From the IMG/VR virus record IMGVR_UViG_3300026088_000014, positions 1 to 64,000 of that record: 64,000 bases of DNA. One strand, 5' to 3'. Each line of letters opens with the position of its first letter. The first letter of the stretch is position 1. Under the pieces are notes generated by a model, which saw only the letters and a list, made by a program, of their open reading frames with translations, made no database searches and was not told the DNA's origin. This document shows, in pieces, positions 47,345 through 56,548 of the stretch. A program made the translations under genes and the position numbers. The stretch comes from a virus. Taxonomy: Duplodnaviria; Caudoviricetes.

Positions 47345-47387
47345 CTGTCTCTCCCCCCTCTCCGCTCTGCGGAGGGGGGAGAGACAG
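47345..47387. promoter_or_regulatory. Long CT/GA hairpin
   Basis: CTGTCTCTCCCCCC..TCCGC-TCT-GCGGAGGGGGGAGAGACAG. Confidence 0.65.
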
Positions 47388-47522
47388 AAGATAAATGCCC
47401 CTCCGAATTGTCGGAAGCCTGTCCCGGTTTCTGGCCTGATGCGGCGCTACCCCTCCCCGTCCCCCGACAAGCTGGTGAGTGCCGTATTGGAGCAGAAATC
47501 TTATTCAACATAGGAGGACGCT

Positions 47523-47843
47523 ATGTTTGAACAATTTTACGCACTAAGTATCCGACACGACAGAGAGCTAGGAGTCAGTTGGAGCATTAGCCCACACGCT
47601 GAGAATGAATTCATGTTTCACTCTTTTTACCGTCGCGGATCTCGCAAAGGAAATGGAGCCGCTGCCCTTAATGAGGTCTGCAATCTTGCTGACCGGAATA
47701 ACGTAACATTGCGTCTGTGGACCATATATCCCCAGTTGCATTCATATTATGAGCGGTTTGGTTTTATCCGCGCTGCTGAGAATCCAACTAGCTCGGTTGA
47801 TTTTGTACGCCAGCCTCAACTGATGCAAGCACAAGCAGCTTAA
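47523..47843 (+). CDS. GNAT-like acetyltransferase
   Basis: SRKGNGAAAL...LHSYYERFGF. Confidence 0.6.
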   Translation: MFEQFYALSIRHDRELGVSWSISPHAENEFMFHSFYRRGSRKGNGAAALNEVCNLADRNNVTLRLWTIYPQLHSYYERFGFIRAAENPTSSVDFVRQPQLMQAQAA

Positions 47844-47852
47844 TCACCTCAA

Positions 47853-47930
47853 CTTCCCATCGTCTAGCGGCCCAGGACGCTTGCCCTCTCGGGCAGGAAA
47901 CGTGTGGTTCAAATCCCGCTGGGAAGGCCA
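47853..47930 (+). tRNA. Degenerate tRNA-Glu(CTC)-like gene
   Basis: Acceptor stem CTTCCCA/TGGGAAG plus GCCA; Glu-type D arm GTCTAGCGGCCCAGGAC; GGTTCAAATCC T loop; 6-nt anticodon loop and bulged T stem. Confidence 0.6.
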
Positions 47931-47962
47931 ATCCAACCTGAAAATCCACGAAAGGGACGCCG

Positions 47963-48799
47963 ATGAATTTTCAGATCATGCAGCATGCTGGTGGACGTAA
48001 CTTTGTCCCCGCTGTTGACGCAAAGGGACATCCCCTCGTCTTTGACGACGCCAAACAGGCCGCCGATGCAGCGGCTCAGTTGTCTTTGCTCAAAGGCATC
48101 AAATTCCAGCCACGCCCCGTTAAAAGCAAGAACGATTGGCGTGACCGGGAGCGTAACCGATTCAAGGCCGGCGATTACAAGCATGTGCTTTGGATCAACG
48201 AGCCGTGGTGGAAGGAAATTCCCGATCACTTCGCTCATGTCGGCATCAAGGACAAAACGCGAATTGCTTTCACTCCCGATGCCGACAAGGGCCAAGCCGA
48301 CAAGCAGACGGCGATGTTGCCGGGAAAGTATCTGCAGAAATTCTTTGCCGACGTTCTGACGCCAAACCAAATCCGTGATTATGCCATGCAACACAACAAT
48401 GAATTCGAGAAAACCGAGCTCAAATATGCTCGCACCGTCGAGGAAATCGAGCACATCTACAAAGTGGGACCAACCGGATCGTGCTTTGCCAAGACCACCA
48501 AAGCCAACCTCTATGGCTCGGGTGATTTTGCCGTCGCTTATCTTGAGGACGAAAAGGGCAAGGTCACGGCACGAACGCTGTGTGTGCCGGAACGCAAAGT
48601 CTATGTGCGCCCTTACGGCGACTATTATCGCTTGCAAGATGCGATGAATAAAGCCGGTTATCGCTGCTCCACATCAAGTCACGATTATGCCGGGCTGCGT
48701 CTGCTGAAAAAGTGGATGTGGGTCGGCTATTACACCGATTGGTATCCCGGAGATTGGGATGACGATCCTGACAACAAGGAATTTCTTATCGTTACATAG
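47963..48799 (+). CDS. Hypothetical protein (paralog of the next gene's N-terminal half)
   Basis: IAFTPD...KQT...PGKYL...ELKYA.T.EEI..IY..GP shared with 48811-50427. Confidence 0.7.
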   Translation: MNFQIMQHAGGRNFVPAVDAKGHPLVFDDAKQAADAAAQLSLLKGIKFQPRPVKSKNDWRDRERNRFKAGDYKHVLWINEPWWKEIPDHFAHVGIKDKTRIAFTPDADKGQADKQTAMLPGKYLQKFFADVLTPNQIRDYAMQHNNEFEKTELKYARTVEEIEHIYKVGPTGSCFAKTTKANLYGSGDFAVAYLEDEKGKVTARTLCVPERKVYVRPYGDYYRLQDAMNKAGYRCSTSSHDYAGLRLLKKWMWVGYYTDWYPGDWDDDPDNKEFLIVT

Positions 48800-48810
48800 G
48801 GACAACGATT

Positions 48811-50427
48811 ATGCCGACAATCTATCAAATCCTTAGAATGGATGTCGCCGGCACTCCGCCAGTAATGGAGCTTGGTGGTGCGCCAAGACTGTTTACCGAC
48901 CCGCAATTGGCTGCGGCTTTTGCCAAAGCTATGGCGCGCATGATAGGCGAAAAGTTGTGCGTCAAGCCGGTGGTCAACGATGAATGGCGCAACCGTGAGC
49001 ACACGCGAGTCATTAACGGCGAATACCGGCAACTGCCGTGGCATGCCGCGGCGTGGTGGGCTGCGGCCTATCCGATCTGGAAGGATCACTTTCCGCATGC
49101 CGCCTTGGAGAAACCGGGCTGGATTGCCTACACCAAGAGCCCTGAGGATGGCGCAAGGGACAAGCAATCCCTGCTGCGTCCTGGCGCTTACCTGAGCAAA
49201 TACTTCGAGCGCCACTTGGACAATTACGGCATCAGCAATCGAAAGTGTGTCGAGGATTTCATGCGCATGTATGGTCCGATCGACATAAAGTTTGCCACCA
49301 CCGAAGAGGAAATTTCCAAGGTTTATGATCGTGGGCCAAACACCTGCCTTGTCGGCAAGGATTGGCGCGATGACTTTCACCCGGCACGAATCTATGCCGC
49401 TGGCGATTTGTCGGTTGCCTATATGGGCGACCTCAATGTCAAGGTGTCGGCACGAACCTTGGTGTGGCAGGACAAGAAAATCCACAGTCGAGTCTATGGC
49501 GACATTGCCCGTTTGACGACGGGCTTGCAACGGCTTGGCTACATGTGGGGCGCACCGATTGGTGCCAAGCTAAAGCGCATCCAGCTGAGGCCCGCCGAAT
49601 ACAAGAATGGCCGGATACCGCAAGGCTGCTTTGTCGCGCCTTATATCGACAAAAAGAATCAGCAAGGCGGCGGCCACCTGGCCGTTGTCGACAAGGGCGA
49701 TCATCTTGAGATCGTCATGGACAATACTCCCGGCTCGCATCATTGCTCTTCCGCCGATGGGGTTAGCGGTAACTACGTCCCGCGCGAGGATGAATTTCCT
49801 CAGTATTTCTGTGAGAGGTGCGCAAAGAAAGGCCGCGAGGTTAATCCGGTTTTTGTCGTAGGCCCCGATAACGAAGATGGCGACGACGGCCAAACCGAGC
49901 AATGGTGTAGGCCCTGCCTCCATGCCCATGCATGGCACTGCAATTACAGCGGCAACAACTACACGGATGAGATCAATAGGGAGCTGGTCAGCGGCGAATA
50001 TTGGCACCCATATTATGCCGAAATGTATGCGGTGCGCTGTGAAGGCTCCCACAAGCTCTTCAACCAGCGGGATGTGAGACAAGTTCACTTCCACGATGGC
50101 AAAGCACAAACGCTGTCACTCGAATATATCGAGCAAAAAATTGGTCGGATCTTTCTATCCGACATGACAAACCGTTACTGGTCACTGGCGCAGAAAGCAT
50201 ACGTCTATTCCGGCGGTAGCTACTGCTCAGCCGCCAAAGCCGAGCTGAAGCATCACGCCTTTGAGTGTAACGGCTGTGACAGGAATTGGCTGCTGCAACT
50301 GCGCTATCAGGTCAAGGACGACAACCTTCTCTGTCCTGACTGCTACAAGCAATTCAGACTCACAAAAGATTTGAAACTTACCGACAGAGCCCGCCAGCGG
50401 GCTCTTCCCTTAATTGCCGCCGAATAA
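48811..50427 (+). CDS. Hypothetical protein with C-terminal Cys-rich zinc-ribbon repeats
   Basis: 538 aa; IAYTKS...PGAYL...; several CxxC pairs. Confidence 0.7.
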   Translation: MPTIYQILRMDVAGTPPVMELGGAPRLFTDPQLAAAFAKAMARMIGEKLCVKPVVNDEWRNREHTRVINGEYRQLPWHAAAWWAAAYPIWKDHFPHAALEKPGWIAYTKSPEDGARDKQSLLRPGAYLSKYFERHLDNYGISNRKCVEDFMRMYGPIDIKFATTEEEISKVYDRGPNTCLVGKDWRDDFHPARIYAAGDLSVAYMGDLNVKVSARTLVWQDKKIHSRVYGDIARLTTGLQRLGYMWGAPIGAKLKRIQLRPAEYKNGRIPQGCFVAPYIDKKNQQGGGHLAVVDKGDHLEIVMDNTPGSHHCSSADGVSGNYVPREDEFPQYFCERCAKKGREVNPVFVVGPDNEDGDDGQTEQWCRPCLHAHAWHCNYSGNNYTDEINRELVSGEYWHPYYAEMYAVRCEGSHKLFNQRDVRQVHFHDGKAQTLSLEYIEQKIGRIFLSDMTNRYWSLAQKAYVYSGGSYCSAAKAELKHHAFECNGCDRNWLLQLRYQVKDDNLLCPDCYKQFRLTKDLKLTDRARQRALPLIAAE

Positions 50428-50452
50428 TTCACTCAACACAAGGAAGATCGTT

Positions 50453-51793
50453 ATGACTTCGCTCAACAACGAGACGAAGCCTGCTGATGATACAAAGCAG
50501 GAAGAGTCCCAGGCGATTATTGTTGCTCCAGAACCGCCGCCACAGATGCCAAAGCTCAAAGCCGATGCCAAGCTTTGGAATGAGGTTTCCGTGCTGGCCG
50601 ACATGCTCTCGTATTGCCGGCCGCATAACTCGAAAACCGAACGCGGTTTCATCGGCAAGTATCTCACGCCGGTTGGCGTCAAGTTCGACAAGAAAGGCAA
50701 CGCTCACAAGATCATTGGCGATGCCCCGGTTATCTGGTCAAGCCACACCGACACCGTTCACGACAAGAAAGGCATGCACAAAGTCGTCTATTGGGTCGAC
50801 AAGGACGGCGATACTTATCTTGGCACCGACACCGGCTCCTGCCTTGGTGCCGACGATACCGCCGGCATCTGGATCATGCTGAACATGATTAAGGCGAAGA
50901 TACCCGGACATTACATCTTTCACCGCGGCGAAGAGTGTGGCGGCGTTGGTTCACGCTGGATCGCCCAAGAAACCAAAGAACTGTTAAAGAGCATGCGATT
51001 TGCCATTGCTTTCGATCGCAGGGATCTCAAGTCGATCATCACCCATCAAGGCAGCAAGAAATGTTGCTCCGATGAGTTCGCCAAGGCTTTGGCCGAGCAG
51101 ATCGGCATGGGCCATGAATGTGATGCAACCGGTGCTTGGACAGACACCGCAGCATATACCGACAACATTGCAGAATGCACCAACATCTCGGTTGGTTACT
51201 TCAACGCCCACAGCAAAATGGAGAAACTCAATATCGATTATCTGTTCAAGCTGCGTGATGCGATGTGCAAGATCGACGTAACCAAGTTCGTCGCAGTCCG
51301 CAAGCCGGGAGACAACAGCTATCGTTACTCTGGCCGCACCGTTTGGCACAGCTATGGCTATGACGGATGGACGGATGACTTCGGAGTCGGCGGCGGATAT
51401 GCTTGGCCCAAAGAAAGCAACCGGCCAGAGGGCGGCTTTACGTCTGCCGAACTCGACCGCAAGTATGGTTACAATTCCTGGTATCAATGGTTCAACTACC
51501 ACGGCGTGAGTGGATACTGGGTGCCGATCAAGGGCGTCGTAGCCCCTAATCCTGACAAGTGGCGCAAGAAGCGAGACCGCAAGCGAGACCAAGGCGTCGT
51601 CAAGGGTTGGGTGCAAAAGCAGGCTGAGATGTTTGCTGGCGCAGCCGAGCTGCGTGAGATGCGAATGTTGATCGCAGACAATAACGGCATCATTGCCGAC
51701 CTGCTCGACTCGCAAGGCTACGGACCACTTGAGTTGAGAGAATACATCCGTGGCTGCGGCGGAACAATCTACGACGACATTCCCGGTTACTGA
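50453..51793 (+). CDS. M20/M28 family zinc peptidase-like protein
   Basis: SHTDTVH, LGADD, RGEECG, FDRR, NISVGYFNAH. Confidence 0.8.
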   Translation: MTSLNNETKPADDTKQEESQAIIVAPEPPPQMPKLKADAKLWNEVSVLADMLSYCRPHNSKTERGFIGKYLTPVGVKFDKKGNAHKIIGDAPVIWSSHTDTVHDKKGMHKVVYWVDKDGDTYLGTDTGSCLGADDTAGIWIMLNMIKAKIPGHYIFHRGEECGGVGSRWIAQETKELLKSMRFAIAFDRRDLKSIITHQGSKKCCSDEFAKALAEQIGMGHECDATGAWTDTAAYTDNIAECTNISVGYFNAHSKMEKLNIDYLFKLRDAMCKIDVTKFVAVRKPGDNSYRYSGRTVWHSYGYDGWTDDFGVGGGYAWPKESNRPEGGFTSAELDRKYGYNSWYQWFNYHGVSGYWVPIKGVVAPNPDKWRKKRDRKRDQGVVKGWVQKQAEMFAGAAELREMRMLIADNNGIIADLLDSQGYGPLELREYIRGCGGTIYDDIPGY

Positions 51794-51882
51794 TGCTTTC
51801 CGACCTTGGGGCTGGCGCGTTGCCGGCCCTAATACGGAACGCATTACCGCGTTTCTACCCTTGAAAGGTGGTGAGAAGCACA

Positions 51883-52248
51883 ATGAAGGGACTCGATAAG
51901 CTTGCCAAGGCCGCTGAGGATTTTTCGAACGCACTTCGCAATCTCAATGTTGACGGCAACGCCGGGGACGGCGAGTACGCCGATCACGACGTGGATGTGT
52001 TTGCAGATGACGATGACGACAACGATAATGTTGTCGCCATTGCTCAAGCGGCCAACCGACGGCGTGACGGCATCGACGACGCCACAGAGATCACCATGAA
52101 AAGTGGTGACTTGCGGAAGGTGATTGATTCCTACCGCAAGTTCACTCGTTACGCTCGCGAAGGACGTATTCCCACGTCGGATGAGCGTTGCAAGTGGCAC
52201 GAAAGCGTTCGCGCCGTGAAGCATCTGATTCGCCAGCCGAATCGCTAA
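51883..52248 (+). CDS. Hypothetical protein with an acidic tract
   Basis: 121 aa. Confidence 0.55.
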   Translation: MKGLDKLAKAAEDFSNALRNLNVDGNAGDGEYADHDVDVFADDDDDNDNVVAIAQAANRRRDGIDDATEITMKSGDLRKVIDSYRKFTRYAREGRIPTSDERCKWHESVRAVKHLIRQPNR

Positions 52249-52269
52249 TACCAGTTTTACAAATAATAC

Positions 52270-52302
52270 CCCTCGGCGTCCATCAGCGCCGAGGGGAGTA
52301 TT
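52270..52302 (+). terminator. Stem-loop CCCCTCGGCG...CGCCGAGGGG
   Basis: 10-bp stem between genes; no clear T tail, so it may be a processing site instead. Confidence 0.4.
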
Positions 52303-52327
52303 GCGTTTAGCTGAAAGGAGAGACTCT

Positions 52328-52762
52328 ATGGGCAGAACGCTCAAAATCAATGGCCTGAAGGTCACTGATGCTACCAAGTCGATCATCCTGCACGTCACTC
52401 AGCGGGACATCGCAAATGCCAAGAAGAAGGACCAAGCCGAATGTGCTGCCGCTGTGGCATGCCGTCGGCAACTCGGTGCGAGTGAGGTCCGCGTCCACTT
52501 GGGACGAACCTATGTTCGTTTCAATGGAGAGTGGAAGCGGTATATCACCTCTTACGCATTGCGTGACGAGCTCATTGCCTTCGATCGCGGCGGTGAATTC
52601 ATGGCGGGGGACTACACCCTCGTCAAGATGCAACCATCCCGGCAATGGGAAAGAAAGTATCGCAAGAACCTGAAAAACAGGCGCGTTAGAAAGCAGCTGA
52701 TTACGCGGCAACCGCGGCGGCACGTTGCCGCCAACGTGCGGCCAGTCGGCATTTATGCGTAA
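52328..52762 (+). CDS. Hypothetical protein
   Basis: 144 aa with GGAG RBS. Confidence 0.65.
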   Translation: MGRTLKINGLKVTDATKSIILHVTQRDIANAKKKDQAECAAAVACRRQLGASEVRVHLGRTYVRFNGEWKRYITSYALRDELIAFDRGGEFMAGDYTLVKMQPSRQWERKYRKNLKNRRVRKQLITRQPRRHVAANVRPVGIYA

Positions 52763-52804
52763 TACTATTGCGGCACGCTAATGTGCCGCGTTTGTTAATT
52801 TATA

Positions 52805-52881
52805 GAGCAGGTGTCCAGAATGGTTACGGATGTGTACTGCAAATCCGCAATATGTGGGTTCGACTCCCATCCTGCTCTCCA
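52805..52881 (+). tRNA. tRNA-Cys(GCA)
   Basis: Acceptor stem GAGCAGG/CCTGCTC, U73 discriminator, encoded CCA; loop CT-GCA-AA; GGTTCGACTCC; one mismatch in the anticodon stem. Confidence 0.85.
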
Positions 52882-52894
52882 TGGAGGATGACGA

Positions 52895-53095
52895 ATGACA
52901 GAATGTCACCGATGCGGAAAGAAAACCCACTGCACAATCATGTCTAAGTTTAATTTAGATATAATCTGCATGGATTGTAAACAGAAAGAGCGCAACCACC
53001 CTGATTACGACAGAGCCGATAAAGCCGAGTGTGATGCCGTCAGAAGTGGCAACTATAATTTTCCAGGTATCGGCAAACCGGGAGACCTCTCATGA
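52895..53095 (+). CDS. Small Cys-rich protein
   Basis: CHRC...CMDC; GGAGG RBS. Confidence 0.65.
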   Translation: MTECHRCGKKTHCTIMSKFNLDIICMDCKQKERNHPDYDRADKAECDAVRSGNYNFPGIGKPGDLS

Positions 53096-53559
53096 CATTA
53101 GAAGAAATCTTTAACCACGGAGTGAAAGCCGCAACGATGCTTTTCCATAAGCAAGGCACGGTCATGCCGATGTGGATCGCCGAGACAGCCGAAGGCGACA
53201 TCCTTCCAACCATAGCCAAGATGGAAACTACGGAGCAGAAGGATTCCGTAGCGAAGGAGCTCAAGAAGTTTTTCAAGGAACAGAATGTCGTTCGTTATGT
53301 CTCGATACTGGAAGCGTGGTCCATAGAACCCAAAGGGAATGGTGGCGTTCCGCCAAGCCTGCAGCTTGGTGCCTCTCTTGCCAGTCACCCCGATCGGCGC
53401 GAGATCATTGCGATTCAAGCCGAGGAAGTAAACAAACATGAACTGTGCGGAGTGCTGTATATCCTGCGTCCAGAATATGGCGAAGCGACGCTCTCGCCGC
53501 TCAAGAGAAGTCCTCATGACGCTCTGGCTGAGGGTCGATTTGTTGGTTTATTGTCATAA
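53092..53559 (+). CDS. Hypothetical protein
   Basis: 155 aa; ATGA overlap. Confidence 0.65.
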   Translation: MTLEEIFNHGVKAATMLFHKQGTVMPMWIAETAEGDILPTIAKMETTEQKDSVAKELKKFFKEQNVVRYVSILEAWSIEPKGNGGVPPSLQLGASLASHPDRREIIAIQAEEVNKHELCGVLYILRPEYGEATLSPLKRSPHDALAEGRFVGLLS

Positions 53560-54103
53560 TTGTTTCCGGCAGTAGTTTCATTCCAGAAATCTTCCTGCCA
53601 GCTTCAGCCGCACTTTCGAGTGCGGCTTTTTTTTCGTCCTCGGTCAAAGCCTTTGGCCTTTGCCTTGATAATTGTTGAGCCTTTGGATCAGTGCGATCCA
53701 GCCACGCCTTAGCCTTGGCCCTTAGGCTTTCCGACGGCTCCAGTTTTAACCAAGCGTCGGTATCCTCAATTTGCTTGGCAACCCTAGCGTCATGCTCAAT
53801 CCTAGCAGCTATCCTGTCATTACAGTTGCTAAACCACTTTTCAATCTCGCCAACGCTAGGCAACCATTTAGGCGTATCATACGAGATTCCACTTAGAGAT
53901 ACCGCTTTACGAACTAAATCTGGTGGATGCTGCATAAATATGCCCATGATGAGGGCGGTATAGCCTTGCTCGTCAGATGGGGTCGAGTTTGGGTATGACG
54001 CGAGCAACATCCTCGCGAACCTCTCCGCTTCCAAGCGACTGCAGAAAATCGCTGTATCTCTCTTTGTGAGATTTTTCTCTTCCATATCCTGATCCATTGC
54101 CAT
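53501..54103 (-). CDS. Putative helicase-loader-like replication protein
   Basis: Follows the initiator gene; KWLPSVGEI motif typical of such partners. Confidence 0.5.
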   Translation of the reverse strand: MAMDQDMEEKNLTKRDTAIFCSRLEAERFARMLLASYPNSTPSDEQGYTALIMGIFMQHPPDLVRKAVSLSGISYDTPKWLPSVGEIEKWFSNCNDRIAARIEHDARVAKQIEDTDAWLKLEPSESLRAKAKAWLDRTDPKAQQLSRQRPKALTEDEKKAALESAAEAGRKISGMKLLPETIMTINQQIDPQPERHEDFS

Positions 54104-54803
54104 TTCCTTTCCAGTCTTTTTCGTTTCGACACCATTTACGCCAAGTTCGACTCCAATCCAGTTTCAGGCCGTCCTTACCCGGCTTTGCAATCCAGTAATC
54201 CTTGAAATCCTCCATGGCCGCCGCGGCGCGGCTTTCACCCAGCAGGCCAACCGAGTACAGACTATCCTCATTACTGGGAATCCAGTCAGATGGAAGTCTC
54301 GTCCCCCTGCTTCCATCGGAAGTCCGCTTTTTTGTTTCACGTGGAACAAGTGGTAGCTGAGCCGAAGGCGAAGCTGCCTCTTTCTTACTTACTTCTTCTT
54401 CTTTGTAATTGTGGTTGTGGTTAGCATTGCGGTCGCACCATCTCCGCATAGCCGCCCGCTGTGCGGACGCAATGCGGTCGCATGACCTAAGTAGCTCAGA
54501 TTCCACTCTCTTGTGGTATAAATACCCCTCTCTTTCTTCAAAGAAATCAAGTAATATTTTTGAATGATATCGCCATGAATTTCCGTGTAGACCTGTGACC
54601 TGTCTGAGAAACTTGGCGTCGTTAGGAAGGGGGCCACCGCGAGCCCAATAGGCCGAAATCAGCAGCAGATAGGCCCCATGCTGCAGCGTGTTGAGGTGCC
54701 TAGTGTCTCCGAGATAGTCATGCCAGTATATTGGCATCCACAATGGGCGATTGCGTCGGTGTTGCAACGATTCGGTGGGAATGTTATTTATATTGTCAGT
54801 CAT
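53973..54803 (-). CDS. DUF1376/YdaU-family replication initiator
   Basis: WMPIYWHDYLGDTRHL...HGAYLLLI..YW..GGPLP; C-terminal DWSRTWRKW. Confidence 0.85.
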   Translation of the reverse strand: MTDNINNIPTESLQHRRNRPLWMPIYWHDYLGDTRHLNTLQHGAYLLLISAYWARGGPLPNDAKFLRQVTGLHGNSWRYHSKILLDFFEEREGYLYHKRVESELLRSCDRIASAQRAAMRRWCDRNANHNHNYKEEEVSKKEAASPSAQLPLVPRETKKRTSDGSRGTRLPSDWIPSNEDSLYSVGLLGESRAAAAMEDFKDYWIAKPGKDGLKLDWSRTWRKWCRNEKDWKGNGNGSGYGREKSHKERYSDFLQSLGSGEVREDVARVIPKLDPI

Positions 54804-54907
54804 GGCTGACTTTCCCTTTCATCAGTTATGGCGAGTCGCCGGCTGGTAACCGACGCGATCTTAGGAAAGGCTCCGGACTCGTCTGCCGGAGCCTTTTTCT
54901 ATGTCAA

Positions 54908-55267
54908 TCAGGTTACAAAGGAACTGATGGTCAGTCGAGCCCCAAGCGGTGCCGCATCTTTCCCGCCATAAGACACAACTAATAGACGGCAGAGGCAATC
55001 ATCCTCTACTAATCCGACTCGTTGCGCCAAATCGAGCAAAACTTTCACGCGGTTGTCCACATCAATTTTTCGCTTGTTGGGTGGGTTGAGGACAATGGTG
55101 GCACTAAACTCTCCCCTAACCTGCTGATGCTTTCCGAGCTTGGCCAGCCAGCCGGCTTGGTCGATCCAGCGGACGTATTTGGGGTCGCGATAGACCACCT
55201 TGCCTTTCGATCGCCAGATGCGATTAAGCGACGGGGGCCACGGTAGATCCACAATGATCTGGCTCAT
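54908..55267 (-). CDS. rusA: RusA-family Holliday junction resolvase
   Basis: LPWPPSLN, DVDN..K.LLD, G.VEDD. Confidence 0.85.
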   Translation of the reverse strand: MSQIIVDLPWPPSLNRIWRSKGKVVYRDPKYVRWIDQAGWLAKLGKHQQVRGEFSATIVLNPPNKRKIDVDNRVKVLLDLAQRVGLVEDDCLCRLLVVSYGGKDAAPLGARLTISSFVT

Positions 55268-55754
55268 GGGGGCACAATAGGCGGCTTTCCAACTCGCGTA
55301 TATCGGCGACGATCTCTTGGTTGATCAGCACAAGTTCTTCGATTTTCCAGATTGCGTTCAGGACCGCTGTGTGGTCGCGGTTAAAGCGCATGCCGATGGC
55401 CGGGTAACTGAGCCTTGGGTTAGTATGCTTCCTGGCGAGATACATGGCCACGTGACGAGCCATCGTGATTCGTGCGGTCCTTTCCCGACTCATCATGTCC
55501 TCAATCAGAACCCCATAGTAATTGGATACCTCGTGGGTAATGTTTGAAAACGCTACACGTCCGTCGGGTCGATTGGGGATTTTGACGATTTCACGAATAA
55601 ATACCCGGATGATGGGGTGTTCTAGTACCTCATCCTCTACTGGTATTTGTTTAGGGTGAAGGTCGATTCCTTTGTCGGCCACAGCATTGGCTGGATACAT
55701 CAATCGTTGCCGGACTTCCTTGGCGTGCTGAATCATATCGGTGGCTAGCGTCAT
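55224..55754 (-). CDS. DnaA C-terminal (domain IV-like) HTH protein
   Basis: ARHVAMYLAR...SYPAIG..FNRDHTAVL.A..KI. Confidence 0.85.
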   Translation of the reverse strand: MTLATDMIQHAKEVRQRLMYPANAVADKGIDLHPKQIPVEDEVLEHPIIRVFIREIVKIPNRPDGRVAFSNITHEVSNYYGVLIEDMMSRERTARITMARHVAMYLARKHTNPRLSYPAIGMRFNRDHTAVLNAIWKIEELVLINQEIVADIRELESRLLCPHEPDHCGSTVAPVA

Positions 55755-55756
55755 GA

Positions 55757-56197
55757 CTACCTCCGGTGTGGGATGCAGTAGAGTTGCTTGTGACCCTCGC
55801 ACCACGGTTTGTTCTCTTCCGTGGGTGCCGCGCACATGACCGCCAAGCCCTTCGGGTCGCCGCTGAGGTCGATAACAGCCCGGCACCTGTCATGTCCTAC
55901 CTCAAGGATGGATAGGCCCTTCCCGAGCCACGGCTGGGGCTCTACGGCCATGATTGGTTGCGTGGCTAATTGAGAAGGCGGCGGCGTAAAACGCAGACTT
56001 TGTGGATGTGCCGGTTTACGGCGTTGCCCTGGCGGCAACAGGCGCGCCTTTAGTTCGAGGCGATGCACCTTGCCTAAGACAGAGCAGCGGCTTTTCTTCA
56101 AAACTGCAGAAATCTGTGAACCAGAGCGTCCGTCGCGCCACATTTCTCGCAGCGTTGCGATTTCATCGTCAGTCCAATTTGTCTTTGCCATGTCCAT
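55757..56197 (-). CDS. gcrA: GcrA cell-cycle regulator homolog
   Basis: WTDDEIATLREMW..G.S.SQI...SRCSVLGKVHRL; C-terminal CR...C...WC..H zinc motif. Confidence 0.85.
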   Translation of the reverse strand: MDMAKTNWTDDEIATLREMWRDGRSGSQISAVLKKSRCSVLGKVHRLELKARLLPPGQRRKPAHPQSLRFTPPPSQLATQPIMAVEPQPWLGKGLSILEVGHDRCRAVIDLSGDPKGLAVMCAAPTEENKPWCEGHKQLYCIPHRR

Positions 56198-56378
56198 CCA
56201 CCCAGTCAGCAATGCTGACCCTGTTCTTGGTTGCTTTGGATATTTTCAGAATCCACTCGGCTCTTGGTTTGCGTCCATTGATCCGCCACTTGCAGACCGC
56301 CGAGTAGGATGCGCCGATTTGTGTCGCGAATTCTTGTGACGTTATTTCCTTATCGATCAAGTATTTGTCGAATTTCAT
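56169..56378 (-). CDS. Cro-like HTH regulator
   Basis: 69 aa; SQEFATQIGASYSAVCKWRINGRKP...VSIADW. Confidence 0.8.
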   Translation of the reverse strand: MKFDKYLIDKEITSQEFATQIGASYSAVCKWRINGRKPRAEWILKISKATKNRVSIADWVDGHGKDKLD

Positions 56379-56465
56379 AAAAATCTCCAGAAATTCCTTG
56401 ACGGAGTTTCACGGTCGTACTATCACGATCGTCGGGAGATTACAACACGAAAGAATTCGCAGGCT

Positions 56466-56507
56466 TTCTTTTTTCTCTCTCACCTCCGGTGAGAGAGAGA
56501 AAAAAGA
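56466..56507. promoter_or_regulatory. CT/GA hairpin in the leader of the RAMP-like operon
   Basis: TTCTTTTTTCTCTCTCACC-TCC-GGTGAGAGAGAGAAAAAAGAA; shares the CTCAC/GTGAG core with the early hairpins. Confidence 0.7.
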
Positions 56508-56548
56508 ACCCCGGCGATCCCGCTGGCGCTCTCTACAAGGAGATTACG

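Noticed and set aside
50984-51934. 316-aa minus-strand ORF
   Set aside because: It is the antisense shadow of the peptidase gene in high-GC sequence.
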